From a virus: DNA of 64,000 bases. The DNA lies in the IMG/VR virus record IMGVR_UViG_3300048910_000074. The stretch is one strand, 5' to 3'. The notes below the pieces were generated by a model, which saw only the letters and a program-made list of their open reading frames with translations, had not been told where the DNA came from and ran no database searches. The number at the start of each line of letters is the position of its first letter. Position 1 is the first letter of the stretch. This document shows, one piece after another, positions 9,563-21,400 of this stretch. The position numbers and the translations under genes were made by a program.

Positions 9563-11747
9563 GTTCGTCGCATCACAAGGACCGCGCCGAAGAGCTGATC
9601 AAAGAGGGTGAGCGTGTCGCCTCCCAGATCAGCAGGCTCAAGGACGATAGAAGCGGCGCAACCGGCGGGCTGCGTGACGACTTCACCGAGCGCATGGACG
9701 AACTCGGCAAGAAGGCCATGGGCATCTGGGCGCAGGCCCAGGTCCACGCCACCCTGGCCACCATCCCGGACCGCCTGACTCCCCGCTTCCCTAACGTCAC
9801 CGAGCTGGACTCTGACGGCCTCACCAGGCTTGAGCCATGACCGAGCAAGAGTTTCAGGCCGAGTACGAGCGTGGGTACAGCGTCGGCAAGTATCACGGCT
9901 TCAAAGAGGGCGAGAAGGTCGGCTACGAGAAGGCTCAGCAGGAGCTGCACGACAAGATGGTGACGGCGTTCGAGCGCATGCCAGCCATAATTCAGGCTTT
10001 CACCGAGCACCTCACGAAAGGGGACGCCCATGGCGACCAAGAGTCTGACCAAGGCTGAGTTGAACGAGGCCCTGCGAGAAGCTCAGTCGCAGATCAATGC
10101 ACTGGACGGTGACCTGCGCTCCATGACACGTGACCGTGACGAGCACCGGTCCTTCAAGGAGCACGCCACTCGTGATCGGGACGAGGCCATTGCGGCACTC
10201 TACGAGATCGTCAAGGTTCACACGCCTTTTGCCGACCCCACCAACTTCGTGCGCGGTGAGAACCGTGACAATGAGCCCTGGGGCGTCACGATGCGCTGCG
10301 GTGTCTGCCACACCAAGGAGCACCACACCCGCGCCGAGAAGAACTACGAGGTGTGGCCGTGCCCCACGGTCAAGCCCATCCTGCGTCTGCGCGAGGAGTG
10401 GGAGCGCGCTCAGGAAGAGCGCAAGGCTGAAGCTGTCGAGGAACGGCGCGCTGCCGAGACCTACGACTGCGGCATCGGGCGCACCGACGACGCCACCGAG
10501 CTGGAGAACCTGTTCGTCACCACCCCGTGGCAGAAGACCCAGGAGTGGCGTGACAGCGTGGGAAACATCTGGAAGTACTCACAGACGTACAAGGCCTGGA
10601 GGCTGTTCTATGAGCCCATCGGTGAGTGGCGGACAGAGACCCCCGACTCTGCCTTCGGCCCGTACACCAGGATCGAGCCGTGAAGAAGCCTCTACCCTGT
10701 GTGCCGTACCTGCTGCTGGATAAGCCGTGGCAGGTATTCACCATCTGGCGGGCCTATCGCGTGTACCGCATCCGCAAGGAAGCTGACGAGCACGACGACG
10801 TTCAGTGGATCGCTGACGTGCGTGCGGACTGGGAGAAGAAGTCATGAACATCAGCACCTACATGGCCACCGGGGCTATGGGCTCACCACGTCGCCGAGGG
10901 CCTGGTCCCGCATGGGACAGCAAGCAGGAGAAGGCCGACAACTGGTCGGTGGTTGGCTTCCTGGTCGGTTTCATCGTGCTGCCAGTCATCGCGATCGGCT
11001 TTCTCATCTGGGCCACACTCACCGCACCTGACGCCAAAGGCGACTCCACCCTGCTGCCCACAACGCCCCCAGCGCTGCCCACGTACATCGTGAAAGATGA
11101 CGGCACCCGCGTGTCGTGCGGGCCCAACTACCGGTGGTGCTGGGAGAATCAGCAGCCATGAGCGGAATCAAGGGCATCAAGTGGGAGATGGCCGTCGAGG
11201 AAGATCAGCAAGGCGGCGTGCACAAGATCACGTTCGAGCTGCGTCTGCCGATCGCTGTCTCTCGCGACAAGGCTCAAGAGGTCATGAGGTCGGCCATGCG
11301 TCGCTACCTGGATGGACAACTCACCGATAAGGAGAACGGCAGTGGGCATTAGCCTCCACACTCTTGCAACACGCCGTGGGGATGCCGCTGCTGGTGTGAG
11401 AGCGACAAGGGCTACGACATGAGGACGACGAATAAATGAACCTGTTTCAAGTCATCTGGGCCGAGCTGAAGAACGTCGCCTACACGTTCGGAGTCAACAG
11501 GCATGAGTTCGGCCTGCGCCGCGCCGTGAGCACAGCGCGTTACGCCGTGGTCGGCATATTCGCCCATCACCAGGAGGGCACCACCGGCTGCCTGTGTGGG
11601 TGGCAATGCTGGCCCGGCCTGGAGCTGGAACAAGAGGCTCAGCTGCTCGGGCATCTGGAGATTTGCCCCGAGGCCATCGCGCACCGCAAGAAGACCGGCT
11701 GCGATCTGCGCGGCCACAAGCACGACCGGACAGAGGTGCAGGGGTGA
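9553..11747 (+). CDS. Run of small translationally coupled hypothetical ORFs (9553-9840, 9837-10058, 10030-10683, 10844-11161, 11436-11747 and others)
   Basis: Overlapping ATGA/GTGA junctions and phage-like codon usage; no recognisable motifs. Confidence 0.55.
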
Positions 11748-12160
11748 TCCAGAACACCGTCAACGCCCTCGTGCTGGGATTCGCCGCCCACATGATTGGC
11801 GACTACGTCCTGCAGTCGGACTGGATGGCCCAAGAGAAGACTAAGCGCTCCGAGGTCGCCCTGCTGCACGCGCTGACCTACAGCTGGCCGTTCATCCCGC
11901 TGTTGTTCCTGTTGGATGTGCAGCACCCTCTGATTGCCATCCTGGTCATCTGGCTCACTCACGCGGTGATCGACCACTACCGGCTGGCCCGGCACGTGGT
12001 GTGGTTCAAGAATCAGTTCGCCCCGCGTGAGTTCCGCCCTGGTCACACCACAACAGGACACGCCGAGGATCGCCCGGCATTTTTGACCATCTGGTTGGTG
12101 ATCTACGTCGACAACATCATCCATGTGGCCATCAACACGGCGGCGCTGGTCTGGCTTTAG
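11744..12160 (+). CDS. DUF3307-like membrane protein
   Basis: AHMIGDYVLQSDWMA..LLHALTY..THAVIDHY..DNIIH conserved His/Asp pattern in TM helices. Confidence 0.75.
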   Translation: MIQNTVNALVLGFAAHMIGDYVLQSDWMAQEKTKRSEVALLHALTYSWPFIPLLFLLDVQHPLIAILVIWLTHAVIDHYRLARHVVWFKNQFAPREFRPGHTTTGHAEDRPAFLTIWLVIYVDNIIHVAINTAALVWL

Positions 12161-12187
12161 CCTCTAGGAACTGGTACACTTACTGGC

Positions 12188-15100
12188 ATGGCTAACCCAC
12201 CCACGGAGTCAGAAGAACTTCGGCTCGGCCCCTGGAAGATGACCGGCTCATTCCCGGCCCGCAAGCTCACCCGGTACTCAGTAGTCGATGATCAGATTGT
12301 CGAGTGCATGTACGAAGACGACGGTCATGGCAACCAGACCACGCAGTTCTTGGCTCAGCTTGTGGAGTTGAAGCGTGATTATCCGCTCACGTTGGGCGAC
12401 GTGAAGATCACCGAGCCCGCGCGCCCCAAGGTCGTCAAGACCGAGGACCGCACAGTGATCACCATTCGCCCGGCCAGCGTGGCTGATGACCCCAAGGCAC
12501 TTGCTGAAGCCCTGATCGGACCGATCGACACTGAGTTCGACGCTCAGGTCCTTGCCAGCATTCTCAGTGAGCACACGCATCGGGGTTGGAGCGACTGGGA
12601 GGCCGTCAGCACCCACACCGAGGTCACGGAGACGATCCTCTGATGGCCGAGATCAACCTGCCTGACCTGGAGTCGCTCAAGGCTGAGACGCTGCGCCTGC
12701 GTCGCCACATGGATGAGCGTGTAGCCGAAGCTCGTCCTGATGTGCTTACCGCACCCGCATCGGTGGCTGAGGTGACCGAGCTGGCCATTTTGTTGGATCA
12801 GGTGTTGAACATGCTCGCGCCGGTCTCGGACAACGCGCGCCTGACCGCGATCGAGCAGAACCTGACCGAGCTGAACAACCACCAGCATCAGTACTACCTA
12901 TCCACCTTTAAGGGCAAGCAACTGGCCAAGACCACACGCCCAGTCGGATTCGGGAGCAAACGATGATGAGCATCAGGAACTTCATGGTCACCGCGATAGC
13001 GGGCGGCGGCAGTGCGGCCCTGGCTCTCATCGTGGGTATATGGCTCTTCGGCGACACGGACTCACCGCCGGATTGGTGGCAGACCTGGATGGCTCTGTCG
13101 TGCATCGTCTGCGTCGTCGCCTTCGTCGTCGGCATCATCATGGAGATATTGAATGACTAAGAACCAGCGCGTCGCGATCGGCATCATGGCCGCGAGCGTG
13201 ACCAACATCGCCGTCGCGGCGATCTACGGCTTCGCCACCTTCGGCCTCACGGGCACCGCGCCAGTGTGGTGGAGCGTCTGGGTGCTGCTGCCTAGCTTCA
13301 CAGGCGCGCTACTCGGGGCGTGGTTCATGCTCAAGCGAGAGAAGGTCAGGGTGACCACTGTCGAAGTGTTCCGTGACGAGTTCCGGATGACCGACAAGGA
13401 TGTCGACGGCAACACCGTCTCCTTCGACATCATCGAAGATGAGTCCGGCGACACATACTGGGCGATCGGCCATGACATCACCCCGGAGTATTTCCGCATC
13501 GAGATCAACCGGTGGTTGAAGCACACGGGAGTACTCGATGAAGGCTGCGGTCGAGTTCTCGTCGCGCCGCCTCACCTGGACCGGCTGTGGGCCAAGTACG
13601 ACGAGTCGGGAGCTGAATACTTCCGCCTGGTCGACAAGCCTTGGCTGGGCACCAAAGAACAAGCTGATGGCGTCTTCCCGGTGACGCGGGTGATGCTCTG
13701 ATGATCAAGCGTGGACGTAACCCGCGCACCGGCAAGCTCATCTGCAACGCCGTGTTCAACGACACGCAGTTCGGTGCGGACAGCTGCACCCGCGACAAGG
13801 GCCACCGGGGCGACCACTTCGACAGCGTCAGCAAGCACTACGGGAGCAACAATGAGTCAGCAAGTCGACCAGCTCGCTGACTCTCCGTGCGTCTACGGTG
13901 AGGCTGGTGAGCGCATGTGCAAGCCCATGCGACCCTTCTGCCCGACGTGGTGCTGTCTTCACGGTGAAGGCACTCCGGTGGAAGACACAGGGATGAGCAC
14001 ATGAAGAAGGGCATTGACGCCATCAGGACGCAGATCAAGCGCTGCACCTGGGAGGAAGAGACACCCGAGGACAAAGCGCGCAAGGCCGAGTACCGCAAGC
14101 AGCGTGAGCGTGACGACGAGCGCTACAAGTCCATTCAGGCTGAGCGTCAGGCCTACTACGACTCGCTCAATGGCCCGGTATCTTCACGTGCCCGTGATCG
14201 TTGGGTGGATGAGTGCGCCTGCGGTGCGCCGTGTCACGTGCATATCGACCAGGACGGCCAGAGGGTTATCGAGAGCCACGCCAGCGGCATCTACGGTAGT
14301 GACGTGCCGTGCTTCTGGGCATCATGAACCCTCTGGAGATAGAACCACACTGGTTCGAGACGCCATGCCCGCCGCTGTGCGGGTATCGATACAACTTCGA
14401 CGGCACCTGGTGCGACGCACCTGAGCAAGACCATCCAACGAGAGAGGAAGTACAAGCGCGTGGACTATGACCTTTTCGATGACATCGGTGACTTTCTGGC
14501 AGAGTTGCCCTGGGAGTTCATCCTCACCTTCCTGCTCGGCATGGCTGCCGGTGCCGGACTGATGTGGTGGTATCTCTGATGCCGACGATTCCACCCGCAG
14601 CTAACCGACCCAAGCGGCTTGTGCATATCTTGCGCACTCTGCTGGAAGACCAGGCCGAGGTCGAGGACTACGGCGACAACACGGTGACCATCACGGGCCC
14701 GGTTGACCTGGATGAGCTGGCGTTCGAGCTGGGTAAGCGCCAGGCTCTGCACCAGATCAAATGGCCACCGGTCAAGATCGCTGGGGTATGCGCCAGCACC
14801 ATCAACATCAGCGACGTGGGGGCACCATGAGCATGGCTCAGCCAACCAACGAGGAGCGCCGCATCTGGGCGCTCAATGCCGCCGTGGCGCACCATGCGCG
14901 CGAGCACGTGGTTCGTAGCGCCGTGCTGGAGACCGCCAGGCAGTTTGAGAGCTACCTGCGTTCTGGGGACACTCCACGATGACGCCGTGCAACGGGGGCG
15001 GCATCATCACCCTGCTGCGCCGCGTGGAAGGGCAGGACAAGCCACAGCGTCTGGCCTACCTGATGATCCGCCGGGACACGCCGCCGATGCCCAACCCGGC

Positions 15101-16198
15101 TCCCGAGTCTCCCAGCGGTGGTCACACGCTTGATCTGGAGATGTACGAGTTCTGGAGCAGGGAGCACTGGGAAGAGATCATCGGTGACGCCGACACCTGT
15201 TTCGGCGCGTTGATCGACGCCGCACGCCGCGACGAGGTGTACATGAGCAAGTTCATCAGGTCTCCATCAGGCAGGACCAAGGTGCGTGAGTTCAGCCTGG
15301 TTGACGCTGTGTGGACTGCTGACCTGGACGGCGAAGACCCGTGGTGTCGCGCTGGCGAGACGAAGGTCAACATGCCGCGCCGGTTCACCGTCAGTAACGC
15401 GCTGGCCGGAAACCCTGTAGACATGCCAAACCCTGTAGTAGAATTGAAGGACAATGAGCAACCCATTGACGACGCCCAGTAGCGTCCCCGCCACCACGCC
15501 CGTACCGCGCAACCCGGACGGTTCACCCCTACCACGCCAGCGCATGAAGGCCGCAATCGAGCGTGTCAAGAAGAAGCTGGGCATTCCTGAAGGAGAGCCC
15601 TGGGAGTTCAACGAGGCCGAGGCCGCTGCGTTCTTCGAGAAGCGTCCCGACATCGTGGCTCAGGTCGACAACGGCGACATCGTCACCATGGAGGTGCAGG
15701 AGCCCAGGTGGGTCAACGATGAGGAGGCTGCGAAGATCAGGGCCGACATCGCCACGGCCACCGACAACCAGGTGATCAATCCCGGCGCTGTCGACTTCTC
15801 GCGCAAGATGGAGCCCGGTGTCTACACCGATCAGGGCTTCACCCCCGGAGGCAGTCCGGCAGGCACCTACACCGACGATGCCATCCAGCAGGCTGTCGAG
15901 GACGTCGACCTTCGCATCACCGTCGACAACCGCGAGCGTCCCGCCGAAGTCATCGCCGAGCTGACCCCACAACAGAAGCGTGCTGCGACCCTCGCGGCCA
16001 AGAAGGCTGCCAAGGAGGCGCAGAACAATGGCTAATCCCGCACAGGACCTGAGGGACCTGGCCGCACAGCTCGATGAGGTGGCCAACGGCGAGTACGACG
16101 GTGAGGTCCTCATTGACGACCCCGACATCAAGGAGTGGCTGTCTTGGGCCAAGTCGGGCCTGGAGCGCTCCATCGACAAGCTGAAGGCCGCGCAGTGA
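12188..16198 (+). CDS. Run of hypothetical ORFs (12188-12643, 12643-12966, 12963-13160, 13153-13701, ~14022-14327, 14564-14830, 14979-15482, 15454-16035, ~16028-16198)
   Basis: Coupled + strand ORFs after the promoter at ~12161; some membrane-anchored. Confidence 0.55.
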
Positions 16199-16812
16199 CC
16201 GACTGCGTGTTCTGCCCGGCCAACTGGGACAAGCTGGACATCGTCCAGGAGATCAATGGGTCTCACCTCACAGGGCGCATGGGCAAGATGATTGTCGTCC
16301 GTCCGCTGGACCCGGTGACCGAGGGCCACGTGCTGATCATCCATGAGCGGCACAGCAAGGACCTCAGCGACGACCTCTTCGTGGCTATGGAAACAGCAGC
16401 GGCTGCAGCGGCCCACGTGCGTAGTGAGCGCATCGTGCGCGGTGAGAGTTTTCAGGCCAATATCATTACCAGCGTCGGCCCGCACGCCACGCAGACGGTG
16501 ATGCACACGCACGTCCATGTCGTCCCCAGACGCGAGAACGACGGCCTGCCGCTACCCTGGACGCCCCAGCACGAGCTGAAGAAGCTCAGGGCCATTCAGG
16601 CCCTGCAGCAGATCGCTGCGGAGTCCAGACTGGACAACTACAGTCACGGCATCTTCCAGCAGCAGTCTCCACCTAGCTGGTTGAACGGTGCTGCGGCAGC
16701 GGCCCACGGGTACATCGAGAAAATCACAGGTGGTGACGGCGGTCCGCTGATGCGTCCGTCCAACCCCTACCTCGCCACCGAGGGTATCGGATATGACGAC
16801 TCTGATGACTAA
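16195..16812 (+). CDS. HIT-family (histidine triad) nucleotide hydrolase
   Basis: DCVFC, PLDPVTEGHVLII, QTVMHTHVHVVPR (HxHxH). Confidence 0.9.
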   Translation: MTDCVFCPANWDKLDIVQEINGSHLTGRMGKMIVVRPLDPVTEGHVLIIHERHSKDLSDDLFVAMETAAAAAAHVRSERIVRGESFQANIITSVGPHATQTVMHTHVHVVPRRENDGLPLPWTPQHELKKLRAIQALQQIAAESRLDNYSHGIFQQQSPPSWLNGAAAAAHGYIEKITGGDGGPLMRPSNPYLATEGIGYDDSDD

Positions 16813-17191
16813 GTTCAATCCGGTCATCCCGTATTCGGATGAGGAAGAGCACCTTGTCACCCTGGTGATGAACGCGCTTCGAGACCCGAGCTGGCCCGGC
16901 ACATCTAGGGACGTGGCTCGTCAGATTCGCCTACTGATCCGCGCGGAGATCATGGCCGCAATGACCCCACCAGAGCCTGAGCCTTCGGTGCTGGACGAGC
17001 ACGACATCATCAAGCACGTTTATCGCACGGGCATGAAGGACTGGGGGCTGCAGCTCATCCACGAGCCCACGGGCATCAGCGTGCTGCGCGACTCCTCAGA
17101 CGGCTTCAAGAGTCTGCTGCAGGGCACTGTGGACGCCATGAAAGAGCTGGAGGGACGGGTCAGTGAGAATCTCGCGCGTCGAAGCAGCTAA
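16793..17191 (+). CDS. Hypothetical protein
   Basis: ORF coupled to the HIT gene. Confidence 0.55.
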   Translation: MTTLMTKFNPVIPYSDEEEHLVTLVMNALRDPSWPGTSRDVARQIRLLIRAEIMAAMTPPEPEPSVLDEHDIIKHVYRTGMKDWGLQLIHEPTGISVLRDSSDGFKSLLQGTVDAMKELEGRVSENLARRSS

Positions 17192-17635
17192 GGCCTACGG
17201 CTGCCCGGATTGCGGCGTCTCTCCCGGTGATGTCTGCTGGCCCCGTCAAGAGGACGATTCCCCCTGGGCGCACACCACCCGCGTCAAGCTCATGGAGATG
17301 AACATGTACCAGTATTCGGTCGTCCCGGCGTGATCAACGCTCAGATCAAGCGCGTGGGCAGCTGCCCGGTCCCCAACGAGCTGCGCTACTACTCCAAGCG
17401 TGAGGCCGAGGCGAACATCTCGCGCGGCTACCTGGTGTATCAGTGCGGCATGCACTTTCACCTGACCCACCAGGATAATGGCTGACCACATCGACTATGC
17501 GGCTCAGTTCTTCGGGGAGCACGTCCGGTGGCCTGAGACGCCCATCGCGCCGAACGAGTTCCCCTGGGTCGGCCTGGCGATTCTGATGTTTCAATATCTG
17601 GATCAACGCGGGTTCAAAGTCGTTCGCGAATAGGC

Positions 17636-17665
17636 TTGCATTTGTTCCAGGAGCTGTGCCATACT
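17636..17665 (+). promoter_or_regulatory. Class B promoter: TTGCAW/TAGACA -35, TTCYAGGAVCTG spacer box, CATACT -10. Copies at 17636, 18385, 19979, 20281, 22537, 22943, 28800, 29176, 32335, 35712, 42384; partial at 12161 and 38626
   Basis: At least 11 near-identical copies, each immediately before a gene cassette, with SigA-like 17-18 nt spacing. Confidence 0.85.
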
Positions 17666-17671
17666 TGAGCC

Positions 17672-17797
17672 ATGAGCAACACAGACTCCCGCGAGGCCGA
17701 CAAGCAGGCCAAGCAGCAGGGCCGACCGAGGCCGCACGACATCAATCGCAGTAACCCCGAGGAGTTCGGGAAGTTCTACCGTCAGCTTTTCGGCTGA
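17672..17797 (+). CDS. 41-aa leaderless ORF (MSNTDSREADKQ...)
   Basis: ATG 7 nt after the CATACT of a repeated promoter; open to TGA at 17797. Confidence 0.5.
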   Translation: MSNTDSREADKQAKQQGRPRPHDINRSNPEEFGKFYRQLFG

Positions 17798-17799
17798 TG

Positions 17800-18219
17800 A
17801 CAAGCTGGACCACAGACAACTGAACAGTGCATCTGGACCACTGACGTACCACGCAAGTACCCCTGTGAAACAGTCCCTGACGGTTAACGACCACGTCCGG
17901 CGTGCCCGCTTACAACGGGAACATCACGACGGCGATCCCTGAATGAAGGACTGCGGAGGGTGAAATCCGCCGTGAGTGAAGGTGAGGCCTGCCGGTAAGA
18001 GGCCGGATGGCCGAGAGAACAGACAGGTCTAGTACCGAGGGTAGCCGGGGCGTGCGCACAAGCCGGGGAGAGTAGGGAACGAAACTGTCTGGCCAGGTGC
18101 ACCGTTGAGTTGTCTGCAGCAACTCAGGTGGCTCGGATCGCGACCGAACTGCTAGCACGACGGGGGATGGTGCCCCCAGCCGCAAGGCTTACCTGTGTTC
18201 GATTCCGGGGCGTGCGCCA
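17800..18219 (+). ncRNA. Large structured non-coding RNA candidate ending in a tRNA-like T-arm plus CCA
   Basis: No credible + strand ORF in an otherwise gene-dense region; many hairpins (GCGGAGGGTGAAATCCGC, GAGTTG..CAACTC, GGGGGATGGTGCCCCC, AGCCGCAAGGCT); ends GTTCGATTCCGGGGCGTGCGCCA. Confidence 0.6.
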
Positions 18220-18237
18220 CGACAACTGAATCAAGAC

Positions 18238-18301
18238 GCTCGTTGGGGACAATGGCTATGCCGCCCGAGAGGGAGATTCCAGTTCGATTCTGGAGCGAGC
18301 A
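18238..18301 (+). ncRNA. tRNA-like RNA lacking an anticodon loop
   Basis: GCTCG/CGAGC acceptor-like stem, TCCAG-TTCGATT-CTGGA T-arm; CCC-GAGA-GGG tetraloop hairpin at the anticodon-arm position. Confidence 0.55.
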
Positions 18302-18383
18302 GCGTGACGGAGGTCGGTGTCTCCTGGACGTGCTCACCTCAGACGTGGACGTCCATCCCAGTTCGATCCTGGGGCACGCACCA
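18302..18383 (+). ncRNA. Atypical tRNA-like RNA ending ACCA
   Basis: GCGTG/CACGC-ACCA acceptor, CCCAG-TTCGATC-CTGGG T-arm, long TGGACGT..ACGTCCA arm with no canonical 7-nt anticodon loop. Confidence 0.55.
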
Positions 18384-18449
18384 CTTGCAATTCCTTCCAG
18401 GAACTGTCATACTTGAAGGACCAAAGCCACCCACGCGAAAGGCCTCACC

Positions 18450-21400
18450 ATGAGCGCGTTCCCCACCCGATTCGTCGCCATCGCCGAGCAGAACGGCTGG
18501 ACCACCCGACGCCCCGGTTACTTCGGCTGGTGGACTCTGGAATTCATCCGTGGTGACGAGCGCCTGAAGCTGCGCCTGCTCAATGGCAAGCTCACCGCAG
18601 CGGCGCACTACAACGGCTCAGGCGTGCTCCTGGAGATCAAGAAGGACAAGCGCCAGCAGGCCTACAACATCCTGTCCGCCGAGCGTGCGGCATGATCACT
18701 CCGCCCTACGACATCAACTGGCTGCGCGAGCAGTCAGGACAGCGCTGGGACAGCTGCTCGCCCGCCATGTTCATGAAGGTCCTTGCTTGGGCCCTGGAGA
18801 TGCACGACGAACTGGAGAAGAAGTGATCACGGTTCTCGGCATCCTTGGATTGGCGGTGTTCTTCATCGCCTTGGACTACGTCATCGTCCGATCTCTCGGT
18901 GCTGATCCTGACCTGGTCGGCGCGGGTGTGACGCTCATCTTCACCGGTATCGTGATTGCGATCTTGCTGTGATCACCAAGTATCTCGCTGAGATCGATGA
19001 GCGCGGCCATCTGGTCGCCTGCGGCAGCGACAACTGGAAAGTCCTGTTCGTTATCGCCTGCGCCCTCGCACTCATCGCTACGCTGATGTGGTCGTGGTGC
19101 AAGGTCTGCGAGAAATTCGACTCGGGTTGGGTCTTGGTTCAGGCCGGGACTGTCATCCTCATCGCCATCTTCGGCGTCGCCATCGGCAGCTTCTTCGTGG
19201 CTGCCTACCTCACCACAGGGAGCTGCTCGTGACCGAGGTCCTCGGCATTTCTGCCACCCGTGTGCCCGCCACCGACATCAAGGTGGGCGACAAGATCGTG
19301 GTCTTCGGGATGGTGTATTGCACCGTGGAGTGGGTGCGTCAATGGTCAGATGGCGGCGTCTATCTGGCTGGCATACGCAACACCGGGGAGCCGCACGTGT
19401 CCAATCTGTCCGCCGGGGCCAAGATTCCCCGCATCTTCGACATCAAGGAGCAGCCGTGAACGCCATGCAGGCCATCAACCAGGCGTTGAAGGCCAACGGC
19501 TGGGTCGGGCATTCGATCAACGACACCGACATCGGGCGCACGATGGAGTACATCCAGAAGGGCGGCACGCAGCTGCTCTCCATCACCTACCGCATGTACG
19601 GCAGCACAGGCAGCATGCGCCTGTGTCGGGCCCACGGCAAGGACCCCAACGATGGCATCAACTGGGGTGTGGAGCGTGCCACGCTGCACTGGCTCGTGGA
19701 GGACCTGACCAAGGCCGAAGGCGACGTCTGGCAGAGAGTCAAGTCCTTCACCGGCAAGAACAAGAAGGGTCAGCTGATCAAGTTCGCCAAGGAGGGGCTC
19801 AGTGCCGGGGCTAACGTCTGAGCACCGGGATGCACGTGGCCGCATCAAGGCCAAGGCGGTGCTGCGGGTGCCGGGTGTCTACCGTGACCTCACGCCCGAG
19901 CAGCGGGCGGCGTGGAATAAGGCCAGCACGGCGGCGCTGGAGCTGATCGAAGTGTTCACGGAAGTGCCGAGAACGGACTTGCAATAAGTTCCAGGAGCTG
20001 TCATACTTAATGCATGACGAACACCACCGCCGCCCGCGCCACCGCCAACCTTGATCTTGACCTGATTGCCCGTCGCGGCCAGGCTCCGGTCCACATCGTC
20101 CGCCTCGCCCGCGTCATCTCCGACATCTTCGCCACCAACGCCCGCGTCGCCGTCAAGGCCGCTTTCACTGTCGATGCCACCGGCACCTACACCAGCACCT
20201 CGCTGCGCCGCCTGACCAACGCGGGTGGCTACACCTACGACATCGTCCGCTCCGCTGTCGACGTCGCTGAGGCTGACGACTAGACATTCCCTCTAGGACC
20301 TGTCATACTAGATGCACACCCACGGAACCAAGGAGAACACCATGTTCAAGTTCAACGAGATCGCCACTCGCACCGTTGTCGAGATGGATGCCGAGGGCGA
20401 AGAGCACCCCATTGGCACCGAAGAGGTGCAGATTCTGGGCGTCACCAAGGTGGCCGGTGAGGTCATCGTGCGCCCGCTGAACAGCGAGGACCGCATCATT
20501 GTCCACATCCGTCACCTGGACGAGGTGGCGTGATGACGGACACCGAGGTCATCAAGCGCCAGATCGTCCGGCGTCAAGAACTCCTGGACCAGGGCATCGG
20601 CCTGGGCGAGTTGGACGAGTACAACGTGCTCACTTTGAACATCGCCCAGAGCGCGTCCAAGCTGCTGCGTGCCGTCGAGGATGTCATCGCTCTGCGCGAC
20701 GAGCTGCTGGCGACCCCGGACGGCCCTGCCGCTCCGGTCGCCAAGGCGTTCGGCCTGGAGATCGATCGCGCTCTGAAGGGGCAGCGAGGATGACCGAACC
20801 ACGCAGAGGCCTGACATGGTCCAAGCGCTGGCACATCGTGGACGAGACCAAGTCCAACCCGCGCTACGACATGGCACTGTGCGGGGCGTACCTGTACAAC
20901 GCCGAGAAGGAGAAGGCCTGCTTCCGGGGTAACAGGATGCCCGAACACCTGCAGCGCATCATCGACGGCACCGCCAAGAGCGCGGGTGACTGCAAGCTGT
21001 GCAACAAGAGCGCGGGCAGGAAGAGCCTGAGTGATTTGTTGGTGGACGAGAAGATGGCCGACCAGATCGGCAAGCTCATCTTTAAACGTACCCAGCTGGT
21101 CGACATGGACGCTAGCGACCTGGCCTGGGACATCATGGCCTTGATCACCAAGGAGGCGAGCAGCTGATGTGGGCCGTCTTCCACACTCTCGCCACGCGCC
21201 ACGGTGACGGCCGGTATCTCGCCTCGGTCAAGCTCGATATCCTGCCCGACGTCGGCAAGTTCGTTTACGTCAACGGTCGGCTGCGTCAGGTGGTCGGCCA
21301 GGAATGGCACATCAATGGGGAGAAGACGTTCGAGCGCGACGACATTGTGCTGCGACCGCCCTACGTGATTGTGAAGGTGAAATGATCTGCCCCGGCTCTC

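Noticed and set aside
17645-17656. LexA SOS box in the class B promoter spacer
   Set aside because: The actinobacterial box is TCGAAC-N4-GTTCGA; here the half-sites are in the opposite order (TTC..GAA) with different spacing
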